Positions 45,610 to 54,034 of a stretch of 64,000 nucleotides of DNA are shown here, piece after piece. Both the position numbers and the translations under genes were made by a program. Under the pieces are notes generated by a model. It searched no databases and was not told where the DNA came from. It was given only the letters and a program-made list of their open reading frames with translations. Location of the stretch: contig JBFMEZ010000025.1 in assembly GCA_040753215.1 (NCBI GenBank), forward strand, positions 5,528-69,527. The letters run 5' to 3'. Numbering within the stretch: position 1 is the stretch's first letter; every line of letters starts with the position of its first letter. This DNA comes from Candidatus Micrarchaeota archaeon (GTDB taxonomy: Archaea > Micrarchaeota > Micrarchaeia > Anstonellales > Bilamarchaeaceae).

Positions 45610-46901
45610 CTCTTCAGCCTGCGCATGTGCTCCACCCTCTTCCTCACGAGCAGCTGGGTGCCTATGTCGGGCCTGTGCCACAGCGGGCCGTGCACCGCGC
45701 GCGTGCAGCATTCCGCCTTCTCCTCGGCGCGCTCCAGCAGCGGGTCCTGCGCGGCGACCGCCACCGCGCGGGAGGAGGTTGTGAGTATCCTGCCATCCTT
45801 CTCATAAACCGAGCCGAGGTATGCCTTGCCGCCGCAGTCCCACACCGCCCTGTTGTCAACCTCCACGGCAGCATCCTTCTTCCCGTTCTCTGGATAGCCC
45901 TCCGGGACCAGGTATTTCACGACGGTGCAATTGGGCAGGAAGGAAGCGCCGGTGAGGCTGCCCTCCACTATGGACTGGAGCACGTCCGCGAGCTGCGTGC
46001 GCAGCACGAGCAGGGCGTTCAGCGCCTCGGGGTCGCCGAAGCGCGCGTTGTATTCTATCAGCTTCACGCCGCTGCCGGTTATCATGAAGCCGCCGTAGAG
46101 GACGCCGCGGAAGGTGTTCCCCTCTGCGCGCATCGCGTCTATGGTCTGCTGCATTATGGATTTCGCCTCCTCCAGGTCCCTGAGCTCCATGAAAGGGAGA
46201 AGGCGGCCGGTGGAGTAGGAGCCCATCCCGCCTGTGTTGGGGCCCATGTCGTTGGTGAACGCGCGCTTGTGGTCCTGGACCGGCGGCATCACGGAAAGGC
46301 GCTCGCCGTCGGAGAATGCCTGGAGGCTGAACTCCTCGCCGTCCAGCTTCTGCTCAAGCAGCGCCTGCTTGTCCTTCCGGAGGAGCTCCCTCACGTAGTC
46401 CAGGGCTTCCTCCGCAGAATTGAGGTGCTCGCCCATAACGCGCACGCCCTTGCCGCCGGTGAGGCCCACGGGCTTGACCACCACGTCGCCGAATTCGGAA
46501 ATGAAGGAGGATGCGTCCGATTCGCTCTTTGCTATGCGGAAGGCCGGGAGGCCCGGGATGCCGTGCTTCTGGAGCAGGGTGCGGGCGTATCCCTTGTCCC
46601 ATTCTATGCGCGCGGCCTCCTTCAGCGGCGAGGCGACCTTGAGGCCCGCGCCTGCGAGGATGTCCGTCACGCCCTTGGCCAGGAGAGCGTCGGGGCTTAC
46701 GAAGCCGAGTTCTATCCCCTTCTCTATGCACCATGCGCCGACGGTCTCCCTGTCCGCCGGGTCGCAGACGAGGACCTCGCCGGCGAGCCTGGCGATTCCG
46801 GGGTGCTTCTTCTCCATTATCGCGTAGAGCGACGAGCTCCGGGAGAGCTGCTCGGCGATTGCGTGCTCGCGCGCGCCGGAGCCTACGAGGACCACCTTCA
46901 T
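45606..46901 (-). CDS. purD: phosphoribosylamine-glycine ligase
   Basis: MKVVLVGSGAREHAIA N-domain and an ATP-grasp central domain. 431 aa. Confidence 0.9.
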   Translation of the reverse strand: MKVVLVGSGAREHAIAEQLSRSSSLYAIMEKKHPGIARLAGEVLVCDPADRETVGAWCIEKGIELGFVSPDALLAKGVTDILAGAGLKVASPLKEAARIEWDKGYARTLLQKHGIPGLPAFRIAKSESDASSFISEFGDVVVKPVGLTGGKGVRVMGEHLNSAEEALDYVRELLRKDKQALLEQKLDGEEFSLQAFSDGERLSVMPPVQDHKRAFTNDMGPNTGGMGSYSTGRLLPFMELRDLEEAKSIMQQTIDAMRAEGNTFRGVLYGGFMITGSGVKLIEYNARFGDPEALNALLVLRTQLADVLQSIVEGSLTGASFLPNCTVVKYLVPEGYPENGKKDAAVEVDNRAVWDCGGKAYLGSVYEKDGRILTTSSRAVAVAAQDPLLERAEEKAECCTRAVHGPLWHRPDIGTQLLVRKRVEHMRRLKR

Positions 46902-47193
46902 TGCTTACCACCCGGAACCGGAAACTGGATGGCGGAAACCAGCAGGTTTCTGCCATGGCGGAATCCCGAAGGATTCTGCCAGTCTTCTCCGCAGAGAAGC
47001 GGAGTCATCGCCGCAGCGATGCGGAAACTGGAAACCGTCATGGCTTACCACCAACTATCCTTGAGAAGGTCTGGGAGAGTATGGAGAGCATGTCCATCCT
47101 GTACTGGCGGGCTATCATGTAGGAGCGTGGGCGGGAGAGCTTCCTTATTATGTCGAACCTGAAGACGCCGGGCTTTGTTTCCCTTGCCATGGT

Positions 47194-47889
47194 TCACCTC
47201 TTCCTTATGAAGCCGTTCTTGATGAGGGCATCGAGCCCCTCCTCCACCCTGCCGGCCGCGACGCTGTTCAGCTTGGAGAATTCCAGTACGTCTATCTCGC
47301 CGTCGTGGGTGCGTATCCACTCGAAAAGCTGCGCCTGCAGCTCCGTGTCGCCCATGCCCTCGAGGCGCTGCATCCGCTCCAGCAGGTCCTCGTTCTTTCG
47401 CTCGTATTCCACGAGGAGGCGCGCGTTCTGCGCGCTTGCCTGCACCAGGTCGTTGTATTTCTTCTCCAGGGAGGCGTGCTTCTGGCCGAGGTCCTTGAGC
47501 CGCGAGTACATCTCCATCTTTTCGCTGTCGGTGGCCTCGCCCATGGATTTCAGCAGGCTGAAATAGAATGTGTATACGGACTGGATCGGCACATCATAGT
47601 ATGCGGTGAGTATCTGGAACAGGTTCAGGAGCATGACCCCCATGTCAAGCGAGCGCGAGAGGCGGTGCTCAAGCACGGGGGTGGTGTATTTCAGTATTAT
47701 GGCGTTCTTGAGCAGCTCTATGCGGTAGTAGAGGTAGGGCTTCCCGTTCAGGTCCTCGGACTCGACCTTTTCTATGATGAGGGCGTCGTCGGAATAGTCC
47801 ATCCTGTTGAAGCCGAGCGAGCCGAGCGTCTGGAGGAGCGGCTTGAGCGGCCTCTTCCTCTTCGTGCTTATGCGTATTATCTCTTCCAT
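47194..47889 (-). CDS. coiled-coil protein with C-terminal winged-helix-like domain; last gene of the ATPase operon
   Basis: Heptad-rich central region (KHASLEKKYNDLVQASAQNARLLVEYERKNEDLLERMQRLEG) and a C-terminal LEFSKLNSVAAGRVEEGLDALIKNGFIRKR. Starts 2 nt after the ATPase stop. Confidence 0.5.
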   Translation of the reverse strand: MEEIIRISTKRKRPLKPLLQTLGSLGFNRMDYSDDALIIEKVESEDLNGKPYLYYRIELLKNAIILKYTTPVLEHRLSRSLDMGVMLLNLFQILTAYYDVPIQSVYTFYFSLLKSMGEATDSEKMEMYSRLKDLGQKHASLEKKYNDLVQASAQNARLLVEYERKNEDLLERMQRLEGMGDTELQAQLFEWIRTHDGEIDVLEFSKLNSVAAGRVEEGLDALIKNGFIRKR

Positions 47890-47891
47890 TT

Positions 47892-50800
47892 CTACTCCTC
47901 CCTCAAAGAAAGGTCAACCATGCCCTTGGAAGCCTTCCGCCTGCGGGCCAGGGAGAATATCTCCACTATGTCCTTCTCGCCCACCTCGAGCTGGCGGAGG
48001 AACCCCATTACGGAAGAGGGCGAGTAGCCGAACTTCTCAAGTATGGACACGAATTCCGTGGCGTCCATCACCCCGTCATTCCTCTCGAACTCGTTCTTCA
48101 CAAGCCCTATCTGCTCGTCGGTAAGGCCGAGCTCGTAGAGCATGTTGCAGAACTGCTCCCTTTCCTTTTCGACAGACATTCCATCAGCCTCCAGCGCATA
48201 CACGAACAGCGGCTCCTCCCCGTCTATCTTGTTAAGAAGGAAGGTGTGCGAGCCGCCTGCCCGCTTCGCGAATATCATGTTGAGGGCCGCGTCGCCCACG
48301 CCGAATTTGGAGATTTCGCCGTCTATGTAATCCGAGTAGTTCAGCGACTGCCGGACGTAGTCCTTGAACTCGCGCAGGACCAGCCGCAGTATGAACATCG
48401 TGCCGACGTTGCTCAGGATCGTCTTGTGCATGTCGGTAGGGTTCTGGGAGGCGACGATGAGGGCGAAGTTGTATTTCCTGCCCTCGCGCACTATCGTAAT
48501 CACGTCGCTGCGCTCGTCGGAGGCGATCTTCCACGCCTCGTCCACCACCACGAAGAGGCGGACGCCCTTCTCCTCCTTCATCTGCTCCCTGCGCATCCTC
48601 TCCTTGAGGAACTGGAGGATCGTGAGGCCCGCGAGGGAGCGCATCTCCTCGGTGGGGAGGGAATGGAGGTCTATGCACACCAGGCCCGAGTCCGTGAGCT
48701 TCTCCAGGGCCAGCGTGGAGGGCTTCGCGAAGAAGTCGCTGCCCTGAGTGGTGAAGCGCTTCAGCAGGCGCGCGGCGCCCCTCTTCTTTTTCTCCTCAAG
48801 CCTTTTCACGACGTCGGTGAGCGTGGGGTTCTTCGCACCGTCGTATGTTTCCTCGAGCGCCTCCTCTATGTCGTAGCGCTCGGAGGGGAAGTTGTGCAGG
48901 TCCAGCAGGATTTCGAGCGCGGACATTATCTGCTTCATCCGCTCGGATGGCGTGAGGCCAGCGAGGTCGAGGAGGTTGAGGTGCTCCTCGCCCAGGTGGA
49001 TGACCTTGCCGCCCGCCTGCTTCACCCACTTGTCGTACTCGCCGACCCAGTCCAGGATGAGCGCGTTGGAATTCCAGACGAGCGAGGCGCGGGTTAGGAA
49101 TGTTTTGGTTAAGTACGAGTTGTGGACAAACAACCCGCCAAAGCCGGCCATGAAAACCTCGCTGTCAACGGAAAGATCGTAAACGAACTCATCCCCAGAA
49201 GGCTCTTCCGCCTTTTCCACTATGGGGTCCCAGAAGAGGTCGGATTGTGCGAGCAGGTTGAGGAATTCCACTTCCTTGTCCCCGGTTGCCTGCACCGAAA
49301 CCTGCTCCAGAAGGCTTGCAAGATATTTTTTGGTTGGCCTCCTCAAGCCGGTTTGTATGGAGTAAGTCATCTGTGTGCGCGGGAGAGAATATTTCTTCAT
49401 CACGGAAGCAACGACGCCTTCTATGTTCGGAATCACATCAACGTTGCTGTGGCCCTTCCCGCATCTCTGGAGCAGCAGAACGAGGTTGTGGTTTTTCCTT
49501 TGAGTTACGAAGCCGATGTTTTCCGTGTATTTTCTGATGTTCTCCTTGCCGGATACCGTAACACGGTAGTATAACCCTCCCTTATGCTTAGAGTTGGTTG
49601 CCCTCTTCTTGCTTGGGTGGACTCTAGCGATTATGCCGAACCTCAGGAGCATGTAGCACAGCTGGCTGGCGAGCTCTTTTGACTTGGTGGTAGCGCTTAT
49701 GCACTTCTGCTCAACGCCGCCATCACCCTCAAAGTAACCCTTTAGGAATTCTGCGAGGTATTCCAGCTTGGAGGCCATAATGGGCGCGGGTATTTTCTTG
49801 CTGCCGGCATTGCCCTCAAGGCCGATTCTTTTTAGTAGCCGGACTACCGCGCTCGCTGAAGTGCGAAGCCCATGAGGTATTGGGAAGAACTGGAAGCCGA
49901 CAATCCCAAAGCAGCTTTTCATGTCGTCAAGAAGTTCCGGCTCGGTCGTGTGCACGTTTATGAAATGCTTTGCAATTGTGCCTTCTGAAACTATGTAGCC
50001 GCACAGCCTTGCGAGTGCCATCGCCTTTTCATTTTCTATCTTCGGGAGCAGAAGGGCGGAGCCGCTGGGCGACCTGAGTTTCAGTCCGGGAATAATGCGT
50101 GCGTCCAGACCGAGGAGTTCCATGATCTGGCTGAAATACGCGAGTGGGATTGCCCTTCCGGCTTTGTAGAAGCGGAGGTACTTGTCATATTTTTTGTTTA
50201 TCGGGAGCCACTTGTGCAACCTTTCGCAGTTGTCCGCGATAACTCCGGCTGCGCCTACCACATGGACATCGTCGTGTTTAAGCAGCCCAAGGGTGTCTAC
50301 GGCGAACTCTTCGCCTTCGAATGACAGCTCTCGCGGGGTGGGAATGTAATCACCCGTGCGCACCTCCGAGCCCTTGGCCACCGAGATACCGCCATCGCGC
50401 AGGACGAGGATGTTGTGGTCACCTGTCGTCCTTATCTCCCTGCCACTTGCGGTTTTGAATGAGTACAGTGTGCTCGGGGACTTTTTCCGCCCGGCGAAAT
50501 TAACGGGCACCCATTTCGCCTTTAGATTGCCATCAAATGAGTATATCTCGATGCCGGGGCTGCTGACGCCCTCCACATCGTCAATCGTTTCTGCAGAACC
50601 GGAATTTTGGATGAGCCCGTCTATAAGTTCTCCGATTTTTGCGATGCGGACCTTTCCGTTTTGCCTTATTATCACCGGCTCGTTTCTATCAATCGACTTT
50701 CCGCTCCCCGTGATGCCGACGATGGCGATGTGCGGGTTGATGAGCTTCTGGTAGTTCCAGAAGACCGGAACGTTCAGCCAGCGGGTTTTTCCCACATATA

Positions 50801-50906
50801 TCCCGTCTCCGGAGGATGAGATGAGGTATTCGGGCCTGGGCTCCGGCGGGTGCACCAGGAAAAGGCGCTCTGCAAGCTGCGGGGTGTAGATTTTCTGCAC
50901 TTTCAT
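47892..50906 (-). CDS. HerA/FtsK/VirB4-superfamily ATPase (DUF87-like) interrupted by a large intein
   Basis: Walker A AIVGITGSGK|S is interrupted after GK. Walker B is LFVVVDEAW and the sensor is ALIVASQNPTD. The inserted segment carries two LAGLIDADG motifs (LARLCGYIVSEGT, LKGYFEGDG) and ends ...GGLFVHN|S (intein blocks F and G with +1 Ser). Confidence 0.8.
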   Translation of the reverse strand: MKVQKIYTPQLAERLFLVHPPEPRPEYLISSSGDGIYVGKTRWLNVPVFWNYQKLINPHIAIVGITGSGKSIDRNEPVIIRQNGKVRIAKIGELIDGLIQNSGSAETIDDVEGVSSPGIEIYSFDGNLKAKWVPVNFAGRKKSPSTLYSFKTASGREIRTTGDHNILVLRDGGISVAKGSEVRTGDYIPTPRELSFEGEEFAVDTLGLLKHDDVHVVGAAGVIADNCERLHKWLPINKKYDKYLRFYKAGRAIPLAYFSQIMELLGLDARIIPGLKLRSPSGSALLLPKIENEKAMALARLCGYIVSEGTIAKHFINVHTTEPELLDDMKSCFGIVGFQFFPIPHGLRTSASAVVRLLKRIGLEGNAGSKKIPAPIMASKLEYLAEFLKGYFEGDGGVEQKCISATTKSKELASQLCYMLLRFGIIARVHPSKKRATNSKHKGGLYYRVTVSGKENIRKYTENIGFVTQRKNHNLVLLLQRCGKGHSNVDVIPNIEGVVASVMKKYSLPRTQMTYSIQTGLRRPTKKYLASLLEQVSVQATGDKEVEFLNLLAQSDLFWDPIVEKAEEPSGDEFVYDLSVDSEVFMAGFGGLFVHNSYLTKTFLTRASLVWNSNALILDWVGEYDKWVKQAGGKVIHLGEEHLNLLDLAGLTPSERMKQIMSALEILLDLHNFPSERYDIEEALEETYDGAKNPTLTDVVKRLEEKKKRGAARLLKRFTTQGSDFFAKPSTLALEKLTDSGLVCIDLHSLPTEEMRSLAGLTILQFLKERMRREQMKEEKGVRLFVVVDEAWKIASDERSDVITIVREGRKYNFALIVASQNPTDMHKTILSNVGTMFILRLVLREFKDYVRQSLNYSDYIDGEISKFGVGDAALNMIFAKRAGGSHTFLLNKIDGEEPLFVYALEADGMSVEKEREQFCNMLYELGLTDEQIGLVKNEFERNDGVMDATEFVSILEKFGYSPSSVMGFLRQLEVGEKDIVEIFSLARRRKASKGMVDLSLREE
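49119..50696 (-). mobile_element. intein with LAGLIDADG homing-endonuclease domain (about 526 aa) inside the ATPase P-loop
   Basis: Boundaries inferred from extein continuity: GITGSGK-[S71...N596]-SYLTKTF restores a Walker A plus helix. Terminal HN with +1 Ser. The first residue Ser is unusual but known. Confidence 0.7.
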
Positions 50907-51686
50907 CTAGAACACTTCGTCCCTTAGCTGTTCCGCCTCGGGCGGCAGGAAGTATTCCCACTCGAAGCACCTCACCATGTCCAGGTCGAACAGCTCGTTG
51001 ACGTCCGCGCCGAGCGTGGAGGAGATTATGGTCTTCACTTCCTTCGACTGCCTGCGGACCTTGGAAAGCGCCTCCTCGCGCGTGACGCCGTATGCGGTGG
51101 TGGAGACGAAGGACGTGATTTCGAGCGGGCGGTCTCCCCGGCTTATGCGCTCGAGCTGGCGGTTGTACATCGCGATCTCGCGGTCTAGGCGCACGAGCTC
51201 CTCGCTGTTCGGGGGGAGCTTGCGGCGCTTGCCCTCCGCCGCAGCGCGGCGCGTCTTTATGTCGTCTATCTCGCGCGTGAGGTCGACCTCGGAGACCAGG
51301 AGGGATATCTTCACCGCGTGCTTGAGGGATGCGAGCGCCTTCTCGAACGAGGAGAGCATGGACGCGCGGTCCTGCGAGTCCTTGTCCATCGTGCTCTCGT
51401 AGTACTTTATCTCCAGGAATTTGGTGGCGTAGAAGCCGTTGCCCGCCTTCTTCACGATGCAGTCGCGGGTGGAGGGTATCTCATAGCCGCCGCGGATCTC
51501 GACTATGTTGGTCGCGGAAGTGAAGTATGGTATCAGGAGGTAGCCGTACTTCCAGACGACCAGCGAGAGGACGAAGAAGAGGGCTGAGAGGGCGGCGAAT
51601 ATGGGGTTGCCCATAACCACCGCAATCACCAGGGCCGCAAGCCCGCCTCCGAGCGACATCAGCGTCATCATCCTGTTTTCTATCAT
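50907..51686 (-). CDS. membrane protein: 2 N-terminal TM helices plus a ~190-aa cytoplasmic domain (VirB3/TrbD- or CedA-like position in operon)
   Basis: Start MIENRMMTLMSLGGG; the ATG overlaps the upstream gene's stop (ATGA). The cytoplasmic domain has a coiled-coil segment. It abuts the ATPase start. Confidence 0.5.
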   Translation of the reverse strand: MIENRMMTLMSLGGGLAALVIAVVMGNPIFAALSALFFVLSLVVWKYGYLLIPYFTSATNIVEIRGGYEIPSTRDCIVKKAGNGFYATKFLEIKYYESTMDKDSQDRASMLSSFEKALASLKHAVKISLLVSEVDLTREIDDIKTRRAAAEGKRRKLPPNSEELVRLDREIAMYNRQLERISRGDRPLEITSFVSTTAYGVTREEALSKVRRQSKEVKTIISSTLGADVNELFDLDMVRCFEWEYFLPPEAEQLRDEVF

Positions 51687-52612
51687 AGGGAGCCCACCGC
51701 GAAGAAGAATTCCCCGCCGAATATTTCTGTTACCTCCTTTATGAATATTGCGGTTACGATGAGGGAGAAGAGGGGGGCGAGCAGCACGAAGAGCGAGAGC
51801 GACGAGATGGATTCGCTTATGCGCTGGGCGGCGAGCGTGAGGTCGCCTGTGAAGTCGCCGGTGGTCATGTTGTCGAGCTTCCCGGCGATTGCGTAATTGT
51901 CGTTTAGGTCGAGGATGGGCGTGGTCCTGTAGAGCGTGCTGTTGGTGACGTTGGTGAGGTTTGCTGTCGTCACGTTCAGCTCCGGGACCGGGAATATGAG
52001 GATGAACGCCGGGTAGAAGAGGTACACCCCTATGGAGAGGGCGATCAGGAACCCGCCGAGCCTGCGGGTGGAGAAGAAGGAGCGGAAGATGAGCCCGACC
52101 GGGAGGAAGAACGTGAGCAGCTGCGGGGCGAAGAAGCCGAGCACCTGGACCTGGAACTGGGAGACTGTGAGCAGCGCCTGCAGCGTGAGTATCTGCGACT
52201 GCAGGACGGACGCGATTGAGGAGAGGCCCGACATCGGCTGGATGGAGAACGTGGAGAATTCCAGGTTTATCGTCTGGTAGTACGAAACCATCTGGTGGAG
52301 GCTCACCGCCTGGGCGAGCAGCGCGAAGATCTCTGAGGAGAGGCTGGAGAATATGCACTGGAGGTTCTCTATCGCGTCTCCCGCGGTGCACGCGCCCTCA
52401 GTTATTATCCCGCGGCTTATTTCTGTGGCTGCGGCGACTATTGCGGTGTAGGCGCCGACCAGCGCCGCGTTTATCACGGACTGGATGAGCTCCTCCGTGC
52501 CGAAGTGCTCAAGCCGCTTCGAGTTCAGCGTCCTGCCGAGCCCCATCAGTATGCCTGAGAGGATTATGGAAAGGCTTACGACTATGCCGGCGAGGGTAAG
52601 GTCAGCTGCCAT
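51683..52612 (-). CDS. polytopic membrane protein (309 aa, at least 6 TM), candidate translocon/VirB6- or CedA-like component
   Basis: Hydrophobic throughout, with an extracytoplasmic loop carrying N-x-T sequons. Same operon. Confidence 0.5.
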   Translation of the reverse strand: MAADLTLAGIVVSLSIILSGILMGLGRTLNSKRLEHFGTEELIQSVINAALVGAYTAIVAAATEISRGIITEGACTAGDAIENLQCIFSSLSSEIFALLAQAVSLHQMVSYYQTINLEFSTFSIQPMSGLSSIASVLQSQILTLQALLTVSQFQVQVLGFFAPQLLTFFLPVGLIFRSFFSTRRLGGFLIALSIGVYLFYPAFILIFPVPELNVTTANLTNVTNSTLYRTTPILDLNDNYAIAGKLDNMTTGDFTGDLTLAAQRISESISSLSLFVLLAPLFSLIVTAIFIKEVTEIFGGEFFFAVGSL

Positions 52613-52629
52613 TTTTCACCTTCCCTGGG

Positions 52630-52875
52630 TCAGGTCAGGAGGTTCGACGCCACCGTCTGTATCAGCTCTGCGGCGCCTATTATCGCGGCGATAAGGACGC
52701 CGCCTATGAAAAGCCCTATCGCGGTGTTCTGCCACCTTCCCCTTGTCTCCCCGGGCTGGAGCTGTGCAAGCCCGTAGGCGACGCCCCCGACTATTATCAG
52801 GAGCAGCGAGAGGGTGACGCCGGCGGACTTCATGACTTCCAGCCAGCTCGAGAGGAGCGTCTCTATATACGCCAT
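52630..52875 (-). CDS. small two-TM membrane protein (81 aa), VirB2/TrbC-pilin- or CedA1-like
   Basis: Two hydrophobic helices separated by a short polar loop. First gene of the co-directional cluster. Confidence 0.45.
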   Translation of the reverse strand: MAYIETLLSSWLEVMKSAGVTLSLLLIIVGGVAYGLAQLQPGETRGRWQNTAIGLFIGGVLIAAIIGAAELIQTVASNLLT

Positions 52876-52936
52876 GGCCTTCTAATCGTAAGGAAGCTAT
52901 ATAAAGCTTTTTCGGGGGCTTTAATTCGGGGAAAAC

Positions 52937-53686
52937 GTGAAAGTGGGCATTGGGCTTGGAAAGAGCATACATGAGAATGCAGCGCGCTACTACGAAGAGG
53001 CGAAGAGGGCGAGGGAGAAGGCGGAGGGCGTGCGGAAGGCCATGGAGCAGACGCGGAAGAGGATGAAAGAGGCGGCCGGGAGAAAGAAGGCGGCCGTGAA
53101 GGTCGCCCGGAGGAGGGAGTGGTTCGAGGAATTCCACTGGAGCTTCACGAATGAGGGAAAGCTTATTCTGGCGGGGAAGAATGCGCAGCAGAACGACAAA
53201 TTATTCGGGAAAATGGAGGAGGGGGACTTGTTTTTCCATGCGGACATACGCGGAGCCGCGGCGACTATTCTGAAGGGAGGGGTTGGCGCGGGCGGGGAAG
53301 AGAAGAAAACGGCCGCCACCATCGCCGCATCCTACTCGAAAGCGTGGGGAATGAGGATGGCGGCGGTTGATGTGTATGCGGTGAGGAGGGGGCAGCTTTC
53401 CAAGCATGTGAGCGGAGGGTTTGTTGGGGCTGGAGGGTTCGCGATTTCCGGGGAGAGGGAGTGGTTCGGGAATACAAAGCTGGTGCTCGCAGTCGGGGTG
53501 GAGGGGAACGGGCGGGTTTCGGCCGGGGCCGGGGATGCGGAGTGGATGAAGAAGAAAGTGCTCATTGTGCCGGGGAAGATGGAGAAGAAAGAGGCGGCGG
53601 GGAGGATTGGGGAATTGCTCGGGGTGCCGGGGAGCGAAGTGATGCCTGTCCTGCCTCCGGGCAGGATAAGTATTGCGCGGGGTTAG
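52937..53686 (+). CDS. NFACT-R (DUF814) domain protein, Rqc2/FbpA-family C-terminal-domain homologue
   Basis: WFEEFHWSFTNEGKLILAGKNAQQNDKLF...DLFFHADIRGAAATILK matches the DUF814/NFACT-R signature. Gly-rich C-terminal part. Confidence 0.55.
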   Translation: MKVGIGLGKSIHENAARYYEEAKRAREKAEGVRKAMEQTRKRMKEAAGRKKAAVKVARRREWFEEFHWSFTNEGKLILAGKNAQQNDKLFGKMEEGDLFFHADIRGAAATILKGGVGAGGEEKKTAATIAASYSKAWGMRMAAVDVYAVRRGQLSKHVSGGFVGAGGFAISGEREWFGNTKLVLAVGVEGNGRVSAGAGDAEWMKKKVLIVPGKMEKKEAAGRIGELLGVPGSEVMPVLPPGRISIARG

Positions 53687-54034
53687 GAAGGGAATGTGAA
53701 CCTCCACGGCTCGGTCACACCTTGTAGTCGCCTGCGTGGCGGCGATAGGTCTGCCTAGCCATTGGGTGCGGCTACAAGGTGTGAGGAAGCCTCGGCATTT
53801 ATGCCGGGGAGGAGAGCCGAGGCTTCCTCTAAAGGCAGCAGGAATACAGTTGCCCCTTCATCTATGAAGAAGCCACGGCCTTTGGACCGTGGAGGTTCAG
53901 TAACCATGGTTACATGCCAGTTTTCAGCTACCTGTTTTCAGTTTTCAGTAACGGATGCCGGAAACAGGAAACCGACAACGGGAAACCGCAGGAAGAAAAC
54001 AAGAGTTATATATCTTGCTCAATAAAAATGCGCC

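Noticed and set aside
50907-52391. 494-aa ORF with a 235-aa Pro/Arg/His-rich N-terminal extension
   Set aside because: The extension lies in an alternative frame of the 309-aa membrane protein gene (51683-52612) and has composition typical of off-frame translation of GC-rich coding DNA. The real gene starts at the ATGA-overlapping Met (51686).
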